A DNA stretch of 57,968 nt from a virus (Duplodnaviria > Caudoviricetes), in IMG/VR virus record IMGVR_UViG_3300034176_000029, positions 1 to 57,968 of that record. The stretch is one strand, 5' to 3'. Under the pieces are notes generated by a model. It saw nothing but the letters and a program-made list of their open reading frames with translations, ran no database searches and was not told the DNA's origin. The position numbers and the translations under genes are program-made. This document shows, one piece after another, positions 7,489 to 17,585 of the stretch (its first letter is position 1; each line of letters begins with the position of its first letter).

Positions 7489-8513
7489 CCCCGTACTACG
7501 CCGACGACTCGGTGACGCTGTACCACGGCGGCGCCCTGGATGTCCTGTGCGCGATGCCGAACGGCTCCGTCGACTGCTGCGTTACATCGCCGCCGTACTA
7601 CGGGCTACGGGACTACAGCGTGCCGGGACAACTCGGGCTTGAGCCCATGCCGGCCACGTACGTCTCGCGCATACGGGCTGTGTTCACCGAGGTCCGTCGT
7701 GTGCTGGCCAACGACGGGACCCTGTGGCTCAATCTGGGTGACTCGTATGTCACCAACGGCTCGGGTAGCCGCACCCACCCCGGCTACCTGGGTGGCCGGC
7801 CAAACGCCGTCACCACGCCGCAAGGCTTCGGCGCCAAGCCGGGTGTGCCGAAAAACCTGCTCGGCATTCCGTGGCGGGTGGCGTTCGCGCTTCAAGACGA
7901 CGGTTGGATCTTGCGCAACGCAGTGGTGTGGGACAAGCCGAACGCTATGCCCGAGTCGGTCACGGACAGGCTGGCAACGACGTACGAGCTCGTCTTCCTG
8001 TTCGCGAAGTCACCTCGGTACCACTTCGACCTTGACGCCATCCGCGAACCGCTCCTGTATCCCGATGCCCTCGACGGGACTCGCGTCTTCGGTGGCAAGT
8101 CCAATGGCGCTGGGGGGGTCGGAGCGACGGCCCGGCGGCGTGGAGCTCACCGCAGCGTCTACGGCGCAACCGGAATGCCGGAGCAGACCAACATGGGACC
8201 GACCGGCTCGCGGCACACCCACACCAGCGAGAAGGGCCGCAACCCCGGCGACGTGTGGACTATCCCCACCCAACCGTTCCCCGAGGCGCACTTCGCCGTC
8301 ATGGCGCCAGAGCTGGCACGTCGTCTCGTCGTGACCGGTTGCAAACCAGGCGGCACGGTGCTGGACCCGTTCTGCGGCGTCGGTACGACCGGCATGGTCG
8401 CCGGGCAGAACGGGCGCCGGTTCGTCGGCATCGACATCTCGTCCGAAACGCTGGACCTGGCTCTACGGACGCGCCTGGCGCAGGGCCCGCTGATTGAGGA
8501 GTCAGCGTCATGA
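7485..8513 (+). CDS. Beta-class amino DNA methyltransferase (N4-C or N6-A; SPPY suggests N4-C)
   Basis: VTSPPY motif IV precedes LDPFCGVGTTG motif I; H.A.M motif. Confidence 0.93.
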   Translation: MTPYYADDSVTLYHGGALDVLCAMPNGSVDCCVTSPPYYGLRDYSVPGQLGLEPMPATYVSRIRAVFTEVRRVLANDGTLWLNLGDSYVTNGSGSRTHPGYLGGRPNAVTTPQGFGAKPGVPKNLLGIPWRVAFALQDDGWILRNAVVWDKPNAMPESVTDRLATTYELVFLFAKSPRYHFDLDAIREPLLYPDALDGTRVFGGKSNGAGGVGATARRRGAHRSVYGATGMPEQTNMGPTGSRHTHTSEKGRNPGDVWTIPTQPFPEAHFAVMAPELARRLVVTGCKPGGTVLDPFCGVGTTGMVAGQNGRRFVGIDISSETLDLALRTRLAQGPLIEESAS

Positions 8514-8860
8514 CCGACTTCGAGTTCGCCGCGTCCGTCGCCGTCACCGTGCTGCTGGCGTTCTCCTGCACCCTGTACCTGATCGACCGGTGGGACCAGC
8601 GCAGATCGGCGCGTCAGGCCGTCGTGCTCGCCGACCAGATCGAGGCTGAGCGGGCGTGTGCACTCGCAGACCCGACCGGCATAGACGACGTGGTGGCCGA
8701 GCTGATGGCCAAGCGGGAGCTGGAACCGGCTGAGCCCATCGTCGGCGACACGTTGGTTCTCGTCGGCCCCGGCTTCGTGCATATGCGTTGTCGTAACGCA
8801 CGCAGAGACGCCGGCACACCATGCCCGGAATGCGCTCGGATTTTGGCGGTGAAGCGATGA
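8510..8860 (+). CDS. Membrane-anchored hypothetical protein with Cys pairs
   Basis: N-terminal hydrophobic helix; HxxC..CxxC. Confidence 0.65.
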   Translation: MTDFEFAASVAVTVLLAFSCTLYLIDRWDQRRSARQAVVLADQIEAERACALADPTGIDDVVAELMAKRELEPAEPIVGDTLVLVGPGFVHMRCRNARRDAGTPCPECARILAVKR

Positions 8861-9081
8861 CGGACACCGCGATCGACGTCAAGGTGGCCACCCGGCGGGT
8901 CACCGTCACCTTCATGGATGACCGCGAGGAGACCTTCGTCGGGGTAACGAGCACACACATCGAGGATGGCGTGCTTCGGCTGTTCGGGTACCGCGAAGAG
9001 TTCGGCTATCCGGACGCCATCTACCGAATGTGGGCGCTGCCGCTGGTCGGGATCCGCATGTGGACAAGGGAGCTTAAATGA
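8857..9081 (+). CDS. Hypothetical protein
   Basis: ATGA overlap. Confidence 0.7.
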   Translation: MTDTAIDVKVATRRVTVTFMDDREETFVGVTSTHIEDGVLRLFGYREEFGYPDAIYRMWALPLVGIRMWTRELK

Positions 9082-9464
9082 CCACCTTTCATCTCGGAGA
9101 CCTGCTGTCGGTCACGACTGGCAAGCTCGTCTCACCGTCGCACATTGCCGACGTTCACCGGCTCCTCGACCACATGACCGGCGACGAACTGTTCACCCAC
9201 CAGTTGCCCCGTGCTTTCGACGAATGCCGGCCGGCGCTGCTCGCTCAGTACCCGTTCCTCGCCGAGATCGAAGCGCCTGAGTTCCGCGACGAAGAACACG
9301 TCTGGCACTGGCTGGCTGAGCAGGTTCAGGCGCACGGCGCCGAGTTCGAGGTGCAACCGCTTGACCCGGCGGACCACACCTACATCAGCCCATTCGCAGA
9401 AATCCGGATAATGGCGCCGCACATGACGGTGATCCCGGTCGTCTTGGACGGAGAGCCGTCATGA
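9078..9464 (+). CDS. Conserved phage hypothetical protein
   Basis: LGDLLSVTTG..MTGDELFTHQLPR motif that I recognise from phage proteins. Confidence 0.75.
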   Translation: MTTFHLGDLLSVTTGKLVSPSHIADVHRLLDHMTGDELFTHQLPRAFDECRPALLAQYPFLAEIEAPEFRDEEHVWHWLAEQVQAHGAEFEVQPLDPADHTYISPFAEIRIMAPHMTVIPVVLDGEPS

Positions 9465-10006
9465 TCACCAAAGGGGAACGGGCCGAACTGCGGTCGCTGA
9501 TACGCCAACGATTCAAAGTGCTACGGGCCGACGTGCTGCAACGCGAGTCCGAGCTGTTCGCCGAACTCGAAGACCGCATGAACGAGCGGTACGCCGACGA
9601 CGACAAAGCCTGGGGCGACGTGGCGTTCATCATCGGCGAGGCGTCACGTGAGGCGAACCGTAAGGCCAACGACGCCGTCCGTGGCCTGGTCGGTCGGGAT
9701 GGTTGGCCCGATGAGCATTCGCTGATCCGGGCGGCTGACATCACCTCGATACGGCGCACCGTTGCCACGCCGGCACCTGACCGTGCCCAGTTGCGTCGGC
9801 AAGGACAGGCTCACATCACAGCCACGATCAAGGGCGCCCAGTTGTCGCTTGACCGGCAAGAGGTCGACCTCCTGACCCGTCTCGCAAGCGGAGCACTGGA
9901 GTCCGACGAGGCCCGAGCATTCCTCGGCGAGATCCCCACCGTATCCGCCTTGGTGCCAGCGGATCGGCTCCTCGAGCTGGAGCGCTCACTCAGGGACATG
10001 CCATGA
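9461..10006 (+). CDS. Hypothetical helical protein
   Basis: ATGA overlap. Confidence 0.75.
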   Translation: MITKGERAELRSLIRQRFKVLRADVLQRESELFAELEDRMNERYADDDKAWGDVAFIIGEASREANRKANDAVRGLVGRDGWPDEHSLIRAADITSIRRTVATPAPDRAQLRRQGQAHITATIKGAQLSLDRQEVDLLTRLASGALESDEARAFLGEIPTVSALVPADRLLELERSLRDMP

Positions 10007-10464
10007 CCGCCCTACTGTCCCAACTCTGGTTCGCCACCGTGTACGTGGCCGTCGTCGTCACCGTCGTCCTGGTACGGAACAACCGCCGACGCGGCGAGGC
10101 GTATGCGGACGACGAAGGGTACGTCGGCAGGCACCGGCCCGGCTGTGCCGTGCCCGACTACGAGCCGTTCGACTGGCAGGCCGACTTCGAGCACCGCATC
10201 GCCGCCATCCTCGCCGAAAAGAAGGCTGCCAAGGCTGCGCTCAAGGAACCGACACAAGAACTGCTCGTAGCGCCCGTCGACTCCAAGGTCGGCCCGTACG
10301 TCCACCACGGGGGCAGCGCCGGGTACGTCCACCTGCGCGACGCCGAGATGGACGCCGCCGCCGACTGGGCCGCCCTACTTGCCGAGAAAGGTTTGCGCCA
10401 CCCGTGGCCCACACCGGCCGACGTGGACGTGTGGGAAGAGGAACTGATCGGAGTGGCGACGTGA
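10003..10464 (+). CDS. Membrane-anchored hypothetical protein
   Basis: N-terminal TM helix, GRHR motif. Confidence 0.7.
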   Translation: MTALLSQLWFATVYVAVVVTVVLVRNNRRRGEAYADDEGYVGRHRPGCAVPDYEPFDWQADFEHRIAAILAEKKAAKAALKEPTQELLVAPVDSKVGPYVHHGGSAGYVHLRDAEMDAAADWAALLAEKGLRHPWPTPADVDVWEEELIGVAT

Positions 10465-10766
10465 CAACCAACGTCGAGCAGGAAATGGCAGCCGTCCGGG
10501 GCGGCCGTTGGCTCCGCCGCCGACGAGTTGACCAGTGCCTGCTGCGGGGCGGGGACTGGTTCGCGCTTGACCTGATGCGCTGCACCGGCCTGGGATCCGG
10601 TGCGGTCTACGTCCGACTGGCGCAACTTGAGGCGGCCGGATTCGTCACGTCGATGTTGTGCGCGGATGGCCGACGCCAGTACGTCATGGTCGACGAGACC
10701 CTGATCCGGCACTGCAAGCAGCGGTTCCATGCGGCGATGCAGCGCAACGACGAGGCGGTGTCCTGA
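10461..10766 (+). CDS. PadR-like winged-helix protein
   Basis: DLMRCTGLGSGAVYVRLAQLEAAGFVTS..RRQY. Confidence 0.7.
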   Translation: MTTNVEQEMAAVRGGRWLRRRRVDQCLLRGGDWFALDLMRCTGLGSGAVYVRLAQLEAAGFVTSMLCADGRRQYVMVDETLIRHCKQRFHAAMQRNDEAVS

Positions 10767-11002
10767 TGGCCATCATCCACATCGCCGACCGGGCCGTACC
10801 CCCGCCCACCCCGTGCCCGCAGTGCGGCGGCAGCCGCGTCGCTCCCATGACGTGGCTGGGCGGATCCGCCAGCAACTGGCGACACAACCCATGCCCCGAA
10901 TGCCGCTGCGAAATCTGCGGCCGGGCAACTGATACGCCGCCGGTGTGTGCGCGGTGCGACATCGCCGACGACGCCGCCGCGGTACGGAGGGCGGACGTAT
11001 GA
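10766..11002 (+). CDS. Cys-rich Zn-binding protein
   Basis: Four CxxC pairs. Confidence 0.65.
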   Translation: MAIIHIADRAVPPPTPCPQCGGSRVAPMTWLGGSASNWRHNPCPECRCEICGRATDTPPVCARCDIADDAAAVRRADV

Positions 11003-11154
11003 GCCGCCGCTACATCATCGCCCAACGCCGGGCCATCCTCTGCGGCACCACTGCTCAGCAGCGCGCCGAACAGGAACAGCACCGGCGGCTACGAGCCGAA
11101 GCATTGGAACGAGACCGGCGGCTGGCTGCAGCAATCAGGAAGGCGTCGCAATGA
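10999..11154 (+). CDS. Hypothetical protein, 51 aa
   Basis: ATGA overlaps on both sides. Confidence 0.55.
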   Translation: MSRRYIIAQRRAILCGTTAQQRAEQEQHRRLRAEALERDRRLAAAIRKASQ

Positions 11155-12482
11155 TCGGCACCACCAGTATTGAGCTGACCAAGCAGCAAGCCGAAGCCGG
11201 CGCCAAAATCAAGGCATGGTTCGTTGACGGCGACCAGGTCTTCCGCCTATTCGGCTACGCCGGCACCGGCAAAACATCCACCGCTCGGTACCTAATCGAC
11301 CAGCTCGGCGTGAACGATGTCCAGTTCGCCGCCTACACCGGCAAAGCCGCCTACGTCCTGCGCACCAAGGGCTGTGCCGCCGCGTCCACCATTCACAGCC
11401 TCGTCTACCTGCCATCGGAGAAAGCCCGAGCCCGGCTCGCCGAACTCACCGAAAAGCTCGACAACGAAACCAGCGACGCAAAGCGTGCCATCCTTACGCG
11501 CCAGATCGACGCCGAGAAACGCAAGCTCGAATCCCCGAACTGGATACTGCGCGAACCCGAAGACACCATACTCCACGGCGCCGACCTGCTCGTCATCGAC
11601 GAGGTATCGATGGTTGGCGAACGAGTTGCCCTGGACCTGCTCTCGTTCGGTGTCAAAACACTAGTGCTGGGCGACCCGGCACAACTCCCGCCCGTCGACG
11701 GCGGCGGATGGTTCATCGACGCCCAACCCGACCACCTGCTCACCGAGATTCACCGGTCCGCGCTCGATTCACCCGTCACCCGCATAGCCACTACCGTGCG
11801 AGGCGCCCAGGTGGGCGAACGCGACTACGGCATCACGGGCCTCGACGGCGACTCAGGCCGGATCGACCGGATCCGCATCGGTGACCTCCTCGAATACGAC
11901 CAGGTGCTGTGCGGCACCAACAAAACCCGCTGGCAAGCCATCCACCTACTCCGCGCGCTGCGCGGCCTGAGTAGCAACATGCCCATGGTTGGCGACCGCA
12001 TCATGGTTCTCGCCAACTCCGGCAGCGCCGAGGTGTTCAACGGCCAACAGTTCGCCGTACGCGAAGCCAACGACGTGGCCGGCAAAGAGGATCGGATCCG
12101 GCTCGAGGTTACCGACGACGAGGGCCACGACCGCGAACTCACCTGCTGGCGAGCCGGCTTCACCGGAATGGAGGGTGAGCGGCAGGCCAAGCGCGACGGT
12201 CGCGGCTCCATCGCCGCCGCCACATTCGGACAAGCCATCACCGTCCACAAAGCACAAGGTTCACAGTGGGAACGGGTCCTGGTCGTCGACGAGTCCAACG
12301 TGTTCGCCAACATCGAGTCCAAGACCGAATTTCAGGCCCGCCGCAGAATGGGCCTACCCGACGACGGACACTCCCGCGCAGCCGGCCATCGCGCAGGACA
12401 ACGCTGGCTCTACACCGCGGCAACCAGGGCGGCCGAGCAAATCATCATCGTGCCTCGGCTCAACGGATCGATCACCCCATGA
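11151..12482 (+). CDS. Dda/RecD-like SF1B helicase
   Basis: GYAGTGKT, VIDEVSM, GDPAQLPPV, ITVHKAQGSQW, YTAATRA. Confidence 0.95.
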   Translation: MIGTTSIELTKQQAEAGAKIKAWFVDGDQVFRLFGYAGTGKTSTARYLIDQLGVNDVQFAAYTGKAAYVLRTKGCAAASTIHSLVYLPSEKARARLAELTEKLDNETSDAKRAILTRQIDAEKRKLESPNWILREPEDTILHGADLLVIDEVSMVGERVALDLLSFGVKTLVLGDPAQLPPVDGGGWFIDAQPDHLLTEIHRSALDSPVTRIATTVRGAQVGERDYGITGLDGDSGRIDRIRIGDLLEYDQVLCGTNKTRWQAIHLLRALRGLSSNMPMVGDRIMVLANSGSAEVFNGQQFAVREANDVAGKEDRIRLEVTDDEGHDRELTCWRAGFTGMEGERQAKRDGRGSIAAATFGQAITVHKAQGSQWERVLVVDESNVFANIESKTEFQARRRMGLPDDGHSRAAGHRAGQRWLYTAATRAAEQIIIVPRLNGSITP

Positions 12483-12682
12483 AGCGATACCGAAAGCGGT
12501 TCGTCATCGTGCACCGGTCGCGAACGCAGCTCATCGAGCCAGGAATCCATTGGGCGCATAACGCCCCAGGCGGTCGCTTGTTGCTGAAGACGCAGATCTC
12601 ATGGCGCACCATTTCTGGCATCATCCTGCGGGCCGGATCGCTGGTCGTATGGCTTTACTTCCGGAGGAGGCCCACGCTGTGA
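12479..12682 (+). CDS. Hypothetical basic protein
   Basis: Overlaps on both sides. Confidence 0.55.
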   Translation: MKRYRKRFVIVHRSRTQLIEPGIHWAHNAPGGRLLLKTQISWRTISGIILRAGSLVVWLYFRRRPTL

Positions 12683-13485
12683 TCACTGATCCGGACGCCC
12701 CACTATCGACCGTCGCCGTCATGCGTGACGTGCTCGCCGACCTCGACGCGGACCGGCCGCGTAGCCAACAAACCTCCCTCGGACCGTCCGAGCTCGGGAC
12801 CCCGTGCCAGCGTCAGATCGCGATGAAGCTGGCCGGCGTACCCCGTCAGCCGGACAAACGTCCACCATGGGCGCCGATGCAAGGCACCGCCATGCACGTA
12901 CTGATGGAGGAGGCCTGCCGCTTCCACAATACGCAGCTGGGTCGTGAGCGGTGGATCGTCGAGCAGAAACTACAGATCGACTTCGACGGCGACATCACCG
13001 GCCACGGCGACGCCTACGACACCGACGACAGCATGGTCGTGGACTGGAAGTACGTAGGCTCCACCACGCTGCGAAAAGTCAAGCGCAAGACGATCCCCAT
13101 CGCCGAGCTCGTGAAGGTCGACTACCGGGTGCAGGGCCACCTGTACGGCTACGGACATTGGCGTGCCGGCCGTGACGTCCAATGGGTCCGGCTCGTCTTC
13201 CTGGCCCGCTCACACGACTACGACGAGTCCGCCGAATGGACTGAACGCTGGGACATGGACATCGCAGTCAACGCGATCGTCCGCTATTACGCGACCCGCG
13301 ACCTCGTAAACGCCCTACCGCTAGTAGATCAGCCCAGCTTATGGGGCGCCGTGCCGGCCGCACCGTCTGACGAGACATGCGGCTGGTGCCCCTTCCGACG
13401 CACAGGCGGGGCAGCTGACGGCACCGGCTGCCCCGGCAACACCGCAGCAAAGATTGAAAAGCAAACCGCAGGCATCCTCGCCTGA
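12679..13485 (+). CDS. Cas4-like PD-(D/E)XK exonuclease
   Basis: GPSELG.PC, GTAMH, D..VDWK, Q..LY, CxxC..C Fe-S-type cysteines. Confidence 0.88.
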   Translation: MITDPDAPLSTVAVMRDVLADLDADRPRSQQTSLGPSELGTPCQRQIAMKLAGVPRQPDKRPPWAPMQGTAMHVLMEEACRFHNTQLGRERWIVEQKLQIDFDGDITGHGDAYDTDDSMVVDWKYVGSTTLRKVKRKTIPIAELVKVDYRVQGHLYGYGHWRAGRDVQWVRLVFLARSHDYDESAEWTERWDMDIAVNAIVRYYATRDLVNALPLVDQPSLWGAVPAAPSDETCGWCPFRRTGGAADGTGCPGNTAAKIEKQTAGILA

Positions 13486-13504
13486 ACCCGAAAAGGAGCA
13501 CAGC

Positions 13505-14155
13505 ATGACCCAAGACGCCAACGACCTGCTCATGTCCGGTGGAATCCTCGGCTACAAATGGGTCGCCATCGGCGATACCGTGATCGGCACCATCGTCGAG
13601 GAACCCAAAGTCGCACAATCCACCGACACCAAAACGGGCGAAGCGCAGTTCTGGCCCTCCGGTGACCCCAAAATGAACATCGTCGTCATCCTGCAAACCG
13701 ACTTACGCGACCCGGCCGACTCCACCGACGACGGCAAGCGGCGTCTCTACATCTCTTCCCGCATGATGCCCGCAGTCCGCGACGCAGTGAAACGTGCCGG
13801 CGCCAAAGGCATCGCCGTCGGTGGTCGTATCGCCGCACGGTGGGTCAGCGGTTCAGGCCAGGGCGAAGGCAACGCCCGCGAATACGCCGCCGACTACGCC
13901 CCCCCAACCGTCGACCCAGGATCGCTACTTACGGCGACGCCTGCGCAGGTAGTTGCAGCTGCCCCATTGACTGCAGCACCCGTGGCCACACCGGTAAACG
14001 GCTCCCTGCTGTCAATGGCCGTACCCACCCCTACCGCCAACATGGCACCACCACTTGGTGTCGACCCTGCCGTCTGGGCTGTCCTGCCCGAAGCACAGCG
14101 ACAGGCCGTCCTCGCCTCCCTCGTCAACCCGGCCGCCACCGCCCCCCCGTTCTGA
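13505..14155 (+). CDS. Putative single-stranded DNA-binding protein
   Basis: OB-fold-like beta-rich N-domain, low-complexity tail ending PPF; between exonuclease and primase. Confidence 0.7.
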   Translation: MTQDANDLLMSGGILGYKWVAIGDTVIGTIVEEPKVAQSTDTKTGEAQFWPSGDPKMNIVVILQTDLRDPADSTDDGKRRLYISSRMMPAVRDAVKRAGAKGIAVGGRIAARWVSGSGQGEGNAREYAADYAPPTVDPGSLLTATPAQVVAAAPLTAAPVATPVNGSLLSMAVPTPTANMAPPLGVDPAVWAVLPEAQRQAVLASLVNPAATAPPF

Positions 14156-14170
14156 TCCGAGACGCAAACC

Positions 14171-14205
14171 CGGCCCGTGCCGTTCTCCGTCGTCGGCACG
14201 GGCCG
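14171..14205 (+). terminator. 12-bp stem-loop after the SSB gene
   Basis: CGGCCCGTGCCG/CGGCACGGGCCG; no U tract. Confidence 0.4.
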
Positions 14206-14252
14206 CAAGCCCATCCATCAGTCGATCAATGCACATGAATGGGGGTGATACG

Positions 14253-17126
14253 TTGTACGACGAACAGGCGGTACGTGACTGGCTGACACTGCTGCACAGC
14301 CAGGCGCCCGGCCTCACCCACATCTGCTCCACCGGCGATTGGACCGGCCACGCACACACCGAACTCGAAGCCGCAGTCCGCCGCGTCACCTACCTCAACG
14401 GTGAAGGCCGCGAAGGCATCTATGCCCGCGTCACTACCCTCAAAGCCGCACTAGCACCCGGCAGTCGAGGTGGTGCCGCCGACACCCTCGCCCTGCCCGG
14501 CCTATGGGCAGACGTCGACCTGGCCGGGCCCGGCCACCTGCACGACCCCACCAAATACGACGGTCGGGTACTACCGCCCAACGAAGATGCCGGCCGGGCC
14601 CTCATCGCCATCTCCGGCCTACCCGCACCCACCTTGTGGATCCACTCCGGTGGAGGGCTATACCCGATCTGGCTCCTCGACACCCCATACATCCTGCCCA
14701 ACGACGACCACGCCCGCGGTGCACTCATCCACCTGGCCGCCACCTGGCAGAAAGTTATCGCTGCTGCCAGCAAGACGATCGGCTGGCACTACGGCTCCGG
14801 CGTAGGCGACCTCGCCCGCGTCCTACGCATCCCCGGCACAGTCAACCGCAAAGCCGGCCTACAACGCCCCTGCCGCATCATCGAGCACACCGGGCCCCGA
14901 TACACCCTGCTCGACCTGAGGGCCGCCCTCGCACGCGCCAGCGCCGCACTGACACCCGAACCCGCGCCACCATCACTGCTGACCGTCGCGACACCCGCCA
15001 CAGCGTCAGGGCCACGCACCGCAGCCGATCCCGGAGTCGACTTCAACGCCCGGACAACCTGGCCCGCCATCCTCACCCCGCACGGCTGGACCGAGCACTA
15101 CCGAACCGACGACGGAGCCACCCACTGGACCCGGCCCGGCAAAACCACCGACACCTCAGCCACCACCAACGCACTGGGCACCGACCGCCTCCACGTGTTC
15201 TCCACCAACGCACCACCATTCGAAGCCAACGAGAGCTACCACAAGTTCGCCGCCTACACCCTGCTCAACCACCGCGGCGACTACACCGCAGCAACCCGCG
15301 AACTCGCCCGCGCCGGATACGGCGAACAGATCAACTACGGCGCCCGACAAGCCGAACTCCTTACCGGCATCCTCGGCCCCGACCGTGCCGCCGAAAACAA
15401 GCCGCCCTCGGCCAACGAGCCCAAAACAGTACGAGCTAAAGGTCCGCCCTCAAGGTACTTCGACGCCAACGGCTCCCTGTTCGCCCGCGTCCTCGCCGAC
15501 GACGTCCTCACCCTCGGCCCGGTCGCAACCGGCGGAGACGACCTGCCCTGGTCATACCACGGCGGCGTCTGGTCGCCCGCCAAGCACATCGTCCGCAACC
15601 GCGTTACCGAACTGCTCGGCGACCGGTACCGCCCCACCCACCGCAGCACCGTCGAAGACATCGTCCGCGCCCTCGCCCGGCACATCACCTGCGACCCCGT
15701 CCCCGATCTGATCAACTTCAGCAACGGCCTGCTCGACTGGCACATCGGAACACTCCGCGATCACACACCCGACATCGCCACCACCGTGCAAGTCGGCGTG
15801 CCCTGGCGACCCGATGCGACCTGCCCACGCTTCGACGCCTTCCTGACCGAAGTCGTGCCCCTGGACATGGTCGAGGTCGTGTGGGAACTCATCGGCTACC
15901 TGATGTACTCGGGCAACCCGCTCCACAAGGCCGTGATGCTCATGGGCACCGGCCGCAACGGCAAAGGCACCCTGCTGCGCGCCATCGTCGCCCTGCTCGG
16001 CAAGCGCAACGTCACCGCGGTCAGCCTCCAGGACCTGGTCTCCACCCGATTCACCACCGCCAGCCTATTCGGGAAGATCGCCAACATCGCAGGCGACATC
16101 GACGCCACCTACCTGGAGTCGACCGCAATCTTCAAAGCCATCACCGGCCAGGATCAGATCAGCGCCGAGCACAAAGGACGCGACCGGTTCGATTTCACAC
16201 CGTGGGCCGTGCCCGTATTCTCAGCCAACGAAATCCCGCCATCCTCCGACACCACCGTCGGCTACCTGTCCCGCTGGCTCCTCATCCCATTTCCACACTC
16301 ATTCATTGGCAAAGAAGACCGCGATCTAGACGCCAAACTCCACGCCGAACTACCCGGCATAGCCGTTAAAGCAATCACCGCACTACGTCGACTAATGGAC
16401 CGTGGAGAATTCGAACAACCTGAATCCGCCCGTGCCGCACAGGACGAGTTCGCCCGCCGAGTCGATCAGATCCGCTCATGGCTCGGCGACTGCTGCGAGC
16501 TCACCCCGGCACCACACGACCCCGCAGCGGATCCGTTGGTGCCGAGGACTGCGCTCTACCAGGCGTACCGGCAATGGTGCGCAAGGGACGGTCACAAGGC
16601 CATGGCGGCGTCGAAGTTCTTCGATCGGTTGGAGCATGCCGGGGCGACGGCTGCGATTGTCCGGGGGTGCAGAGGCTTCCGCGGGGTACGGATCGTGGAT
16701 CAGGCAGACCCGCCGCGCCTACTCGATACCGCTACCCAACGTATTTGGGGTGACACGGATAGTGTTGGGGGTGCAGGTGGGGTGCAGGTTGGGGTGCAGC
16801 TTTTTGACCCCCAGCTGCACCCCCAAATGGCTGCACCACCTGCACCCCACAACGAATCACCCCAGGTCACGCAGGGTCCCCCCAGAACAGACGATCAAGG
16901 GGGTGCAGAGGGTGCAGCTTTTACAAACCCTTTACGCACGTACGCGGGTGACACGCGCGTATACACGCGTATAGGGGGGGTTAGCGAAAAGCTGCACCCC
17001 CTGCACCCCCCTGCACCCTTGATCAATTCCTGCTCTGTCTGCGGCCGCGAGCTCGATCCGGCGCTCGCGCCAAAGTGGCACGACCTCAACATCCATCCAA
17101 GCTGCCACACCGAGGCAGCCACATGA
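14253..17126 (+). CDS. DNA primase (RepB/AEP-like) fused to a D5/P4-type SF3 helicase
   Basis: WADVD, HSGGG, RVLRIPGT primase motifs; GTGRNGKGT Walker A; FSAN motif C; alternative start 14235. Confidence 0.93.
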   Translation: MYDEQAVRDWLTLLHSQAPGLTHICSTGDWTGHAHTELEAAVRRVTYLNGEGREGIYARVTTLKAALAPGSRGGAADTLALPGLWADVDLAGPGHLHDPTKYDGRVLPPNEDAGRALIAISGLPAPTLWIHSGGGLYPIWLLDTPYILPNDDHARGALIHLAATWQKVIAAASKTIGWHYGSGVGDLARVLRIPGTVNRKAGLQRPCRIIEHTGPRYTLLDLRAALARASAALTPEPAPPSLLTVATPATASGPRTAADPGVDFNARTTWPAILTPHGWTEHYRTDDGATHWTRPGKTTDTSATTNALGTDRLHVFSTNAPPFEANESYHKFAAYTLLNHRGDYTAATRELARAGYGEQINYGARQAELLTGILGPDRAAENKPPSANEPKTVRAKGPPSRYFDANGSLFARVLADDVLTLGPVATGGDDLPWSYHGGVWSPAKHIVRNRVTELLGDRYRPTHRSTVEDIVRALARHITCDPVPDLINFSNGLLDWHIGTLRDHTPDIATTVQVGVPWRPDATCPRFDAFLTEVVPLDMVEVVWELIGYLMYSGNPLHKAVMLMGTGRNGKGTLLRAIVALLGKRNVTAVSLQDLVSTRFTTASLFGKIANIAGDIDATYLESTAIFKAITGQDQISAEHKGRDRFDFTPWAVPVFSANEIPPSSDTTVGYLSRWLLIPFPHSFIGKEDRDLDAKLHAELPGIAVKAITALRRLMDRGEFEQPESARAAQDEFARRVDQIRSWLGDCCELTPAPHDPAADPLVPRTALYQAYRQWCARDGHKAMAASKFFDRLEHAGATAAIVRGCRGFRGVRIVDQADPPRLLDTATQRIWGDTDSVGGAGGVQVGVQLFDPQLHPQMAAPPAPHNESPQVTQGPPRTDDQGGAEGAAFTNPLRTYAGDTRVYTRIGGVSEKLHPLHPPAPLINSCSVCGRELDPALAPKWHDLNIHPSCHTEAAT
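16766..17018. repeat. Iteron array, candidate replication origin inside the primase-helicase gene
   Basis: Eleven GGTGCAG units in two converging clusters around palindromic purine-pyrimidine tracts. Confidence 0.75.
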
Positions 17127-17416
17127 GCCGGCACCTGATCACCACCACCGCCAAGCCGGCCACCTGCCCTGGCTGCCGAGGTCCGATCCTGCGCGGCATC
17201 GCCGAAGGCCGAACCGTCACCGTCGAGCCCGAACCGATCGAACCCACCACGGAAACATCCGCGCTACTCACCGGCGCGATGACATTCACACTTGCTAGCA
17301 ATGACGAACTTATCCACCGTGACGCCGACCGAATCCGCCGCGGACATCTCCGCGGAACAATTCACATTAAACACCTGTGCCGGCAGCAAATGCTCGGAGG
17401 TGGCAATGATATTTGA
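17123..17416 (+). CDS. Hypothetical protein, putative Zn-binding
   Basis: CxxC..HxC. Confidence 0.65.
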   Translation: MSRHLITTTAKPATCPGCRGPILRGIAEGRTVTVEPEPIEPTTETSALLTGAMTFTLASNDELIHRDADRIRRGHLRGTIHIKHLCRQQMLGGGNDI

Positions 17417-17585
17417 CCCTGAGCTCTCAACCGCATGGGATAAACGACTACGCGAAAAGACCGAGCAATACGTTGAGAAACGAAGGCGTAAAGAAATGCA
17501 ACGACTAGCGCTCAGGCAGGCACGCGAAGCCGGTAAAGCGGCACGACACAGCGCACGCGAGCACCGACGGGAGGTCGACAGCTGA
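17406..17585 (+). CDS. Hypothetical basic protein
   Basis: GGAGGTG RBS. Confidence 0.6.
   Translation: MIFDPELSTAWDKRLREKTEQYVEKRRRKEMQRLALRQAREAGKAARHSAREHRREVDS

Noticed and set aside
12679-13485. CRISPR-Cas system suggested by the Cas4-like gene
   Set aside because: No repeat-spacer array or other cas genes seen; solo Cas4-like nucleases are normal in phage replication modules
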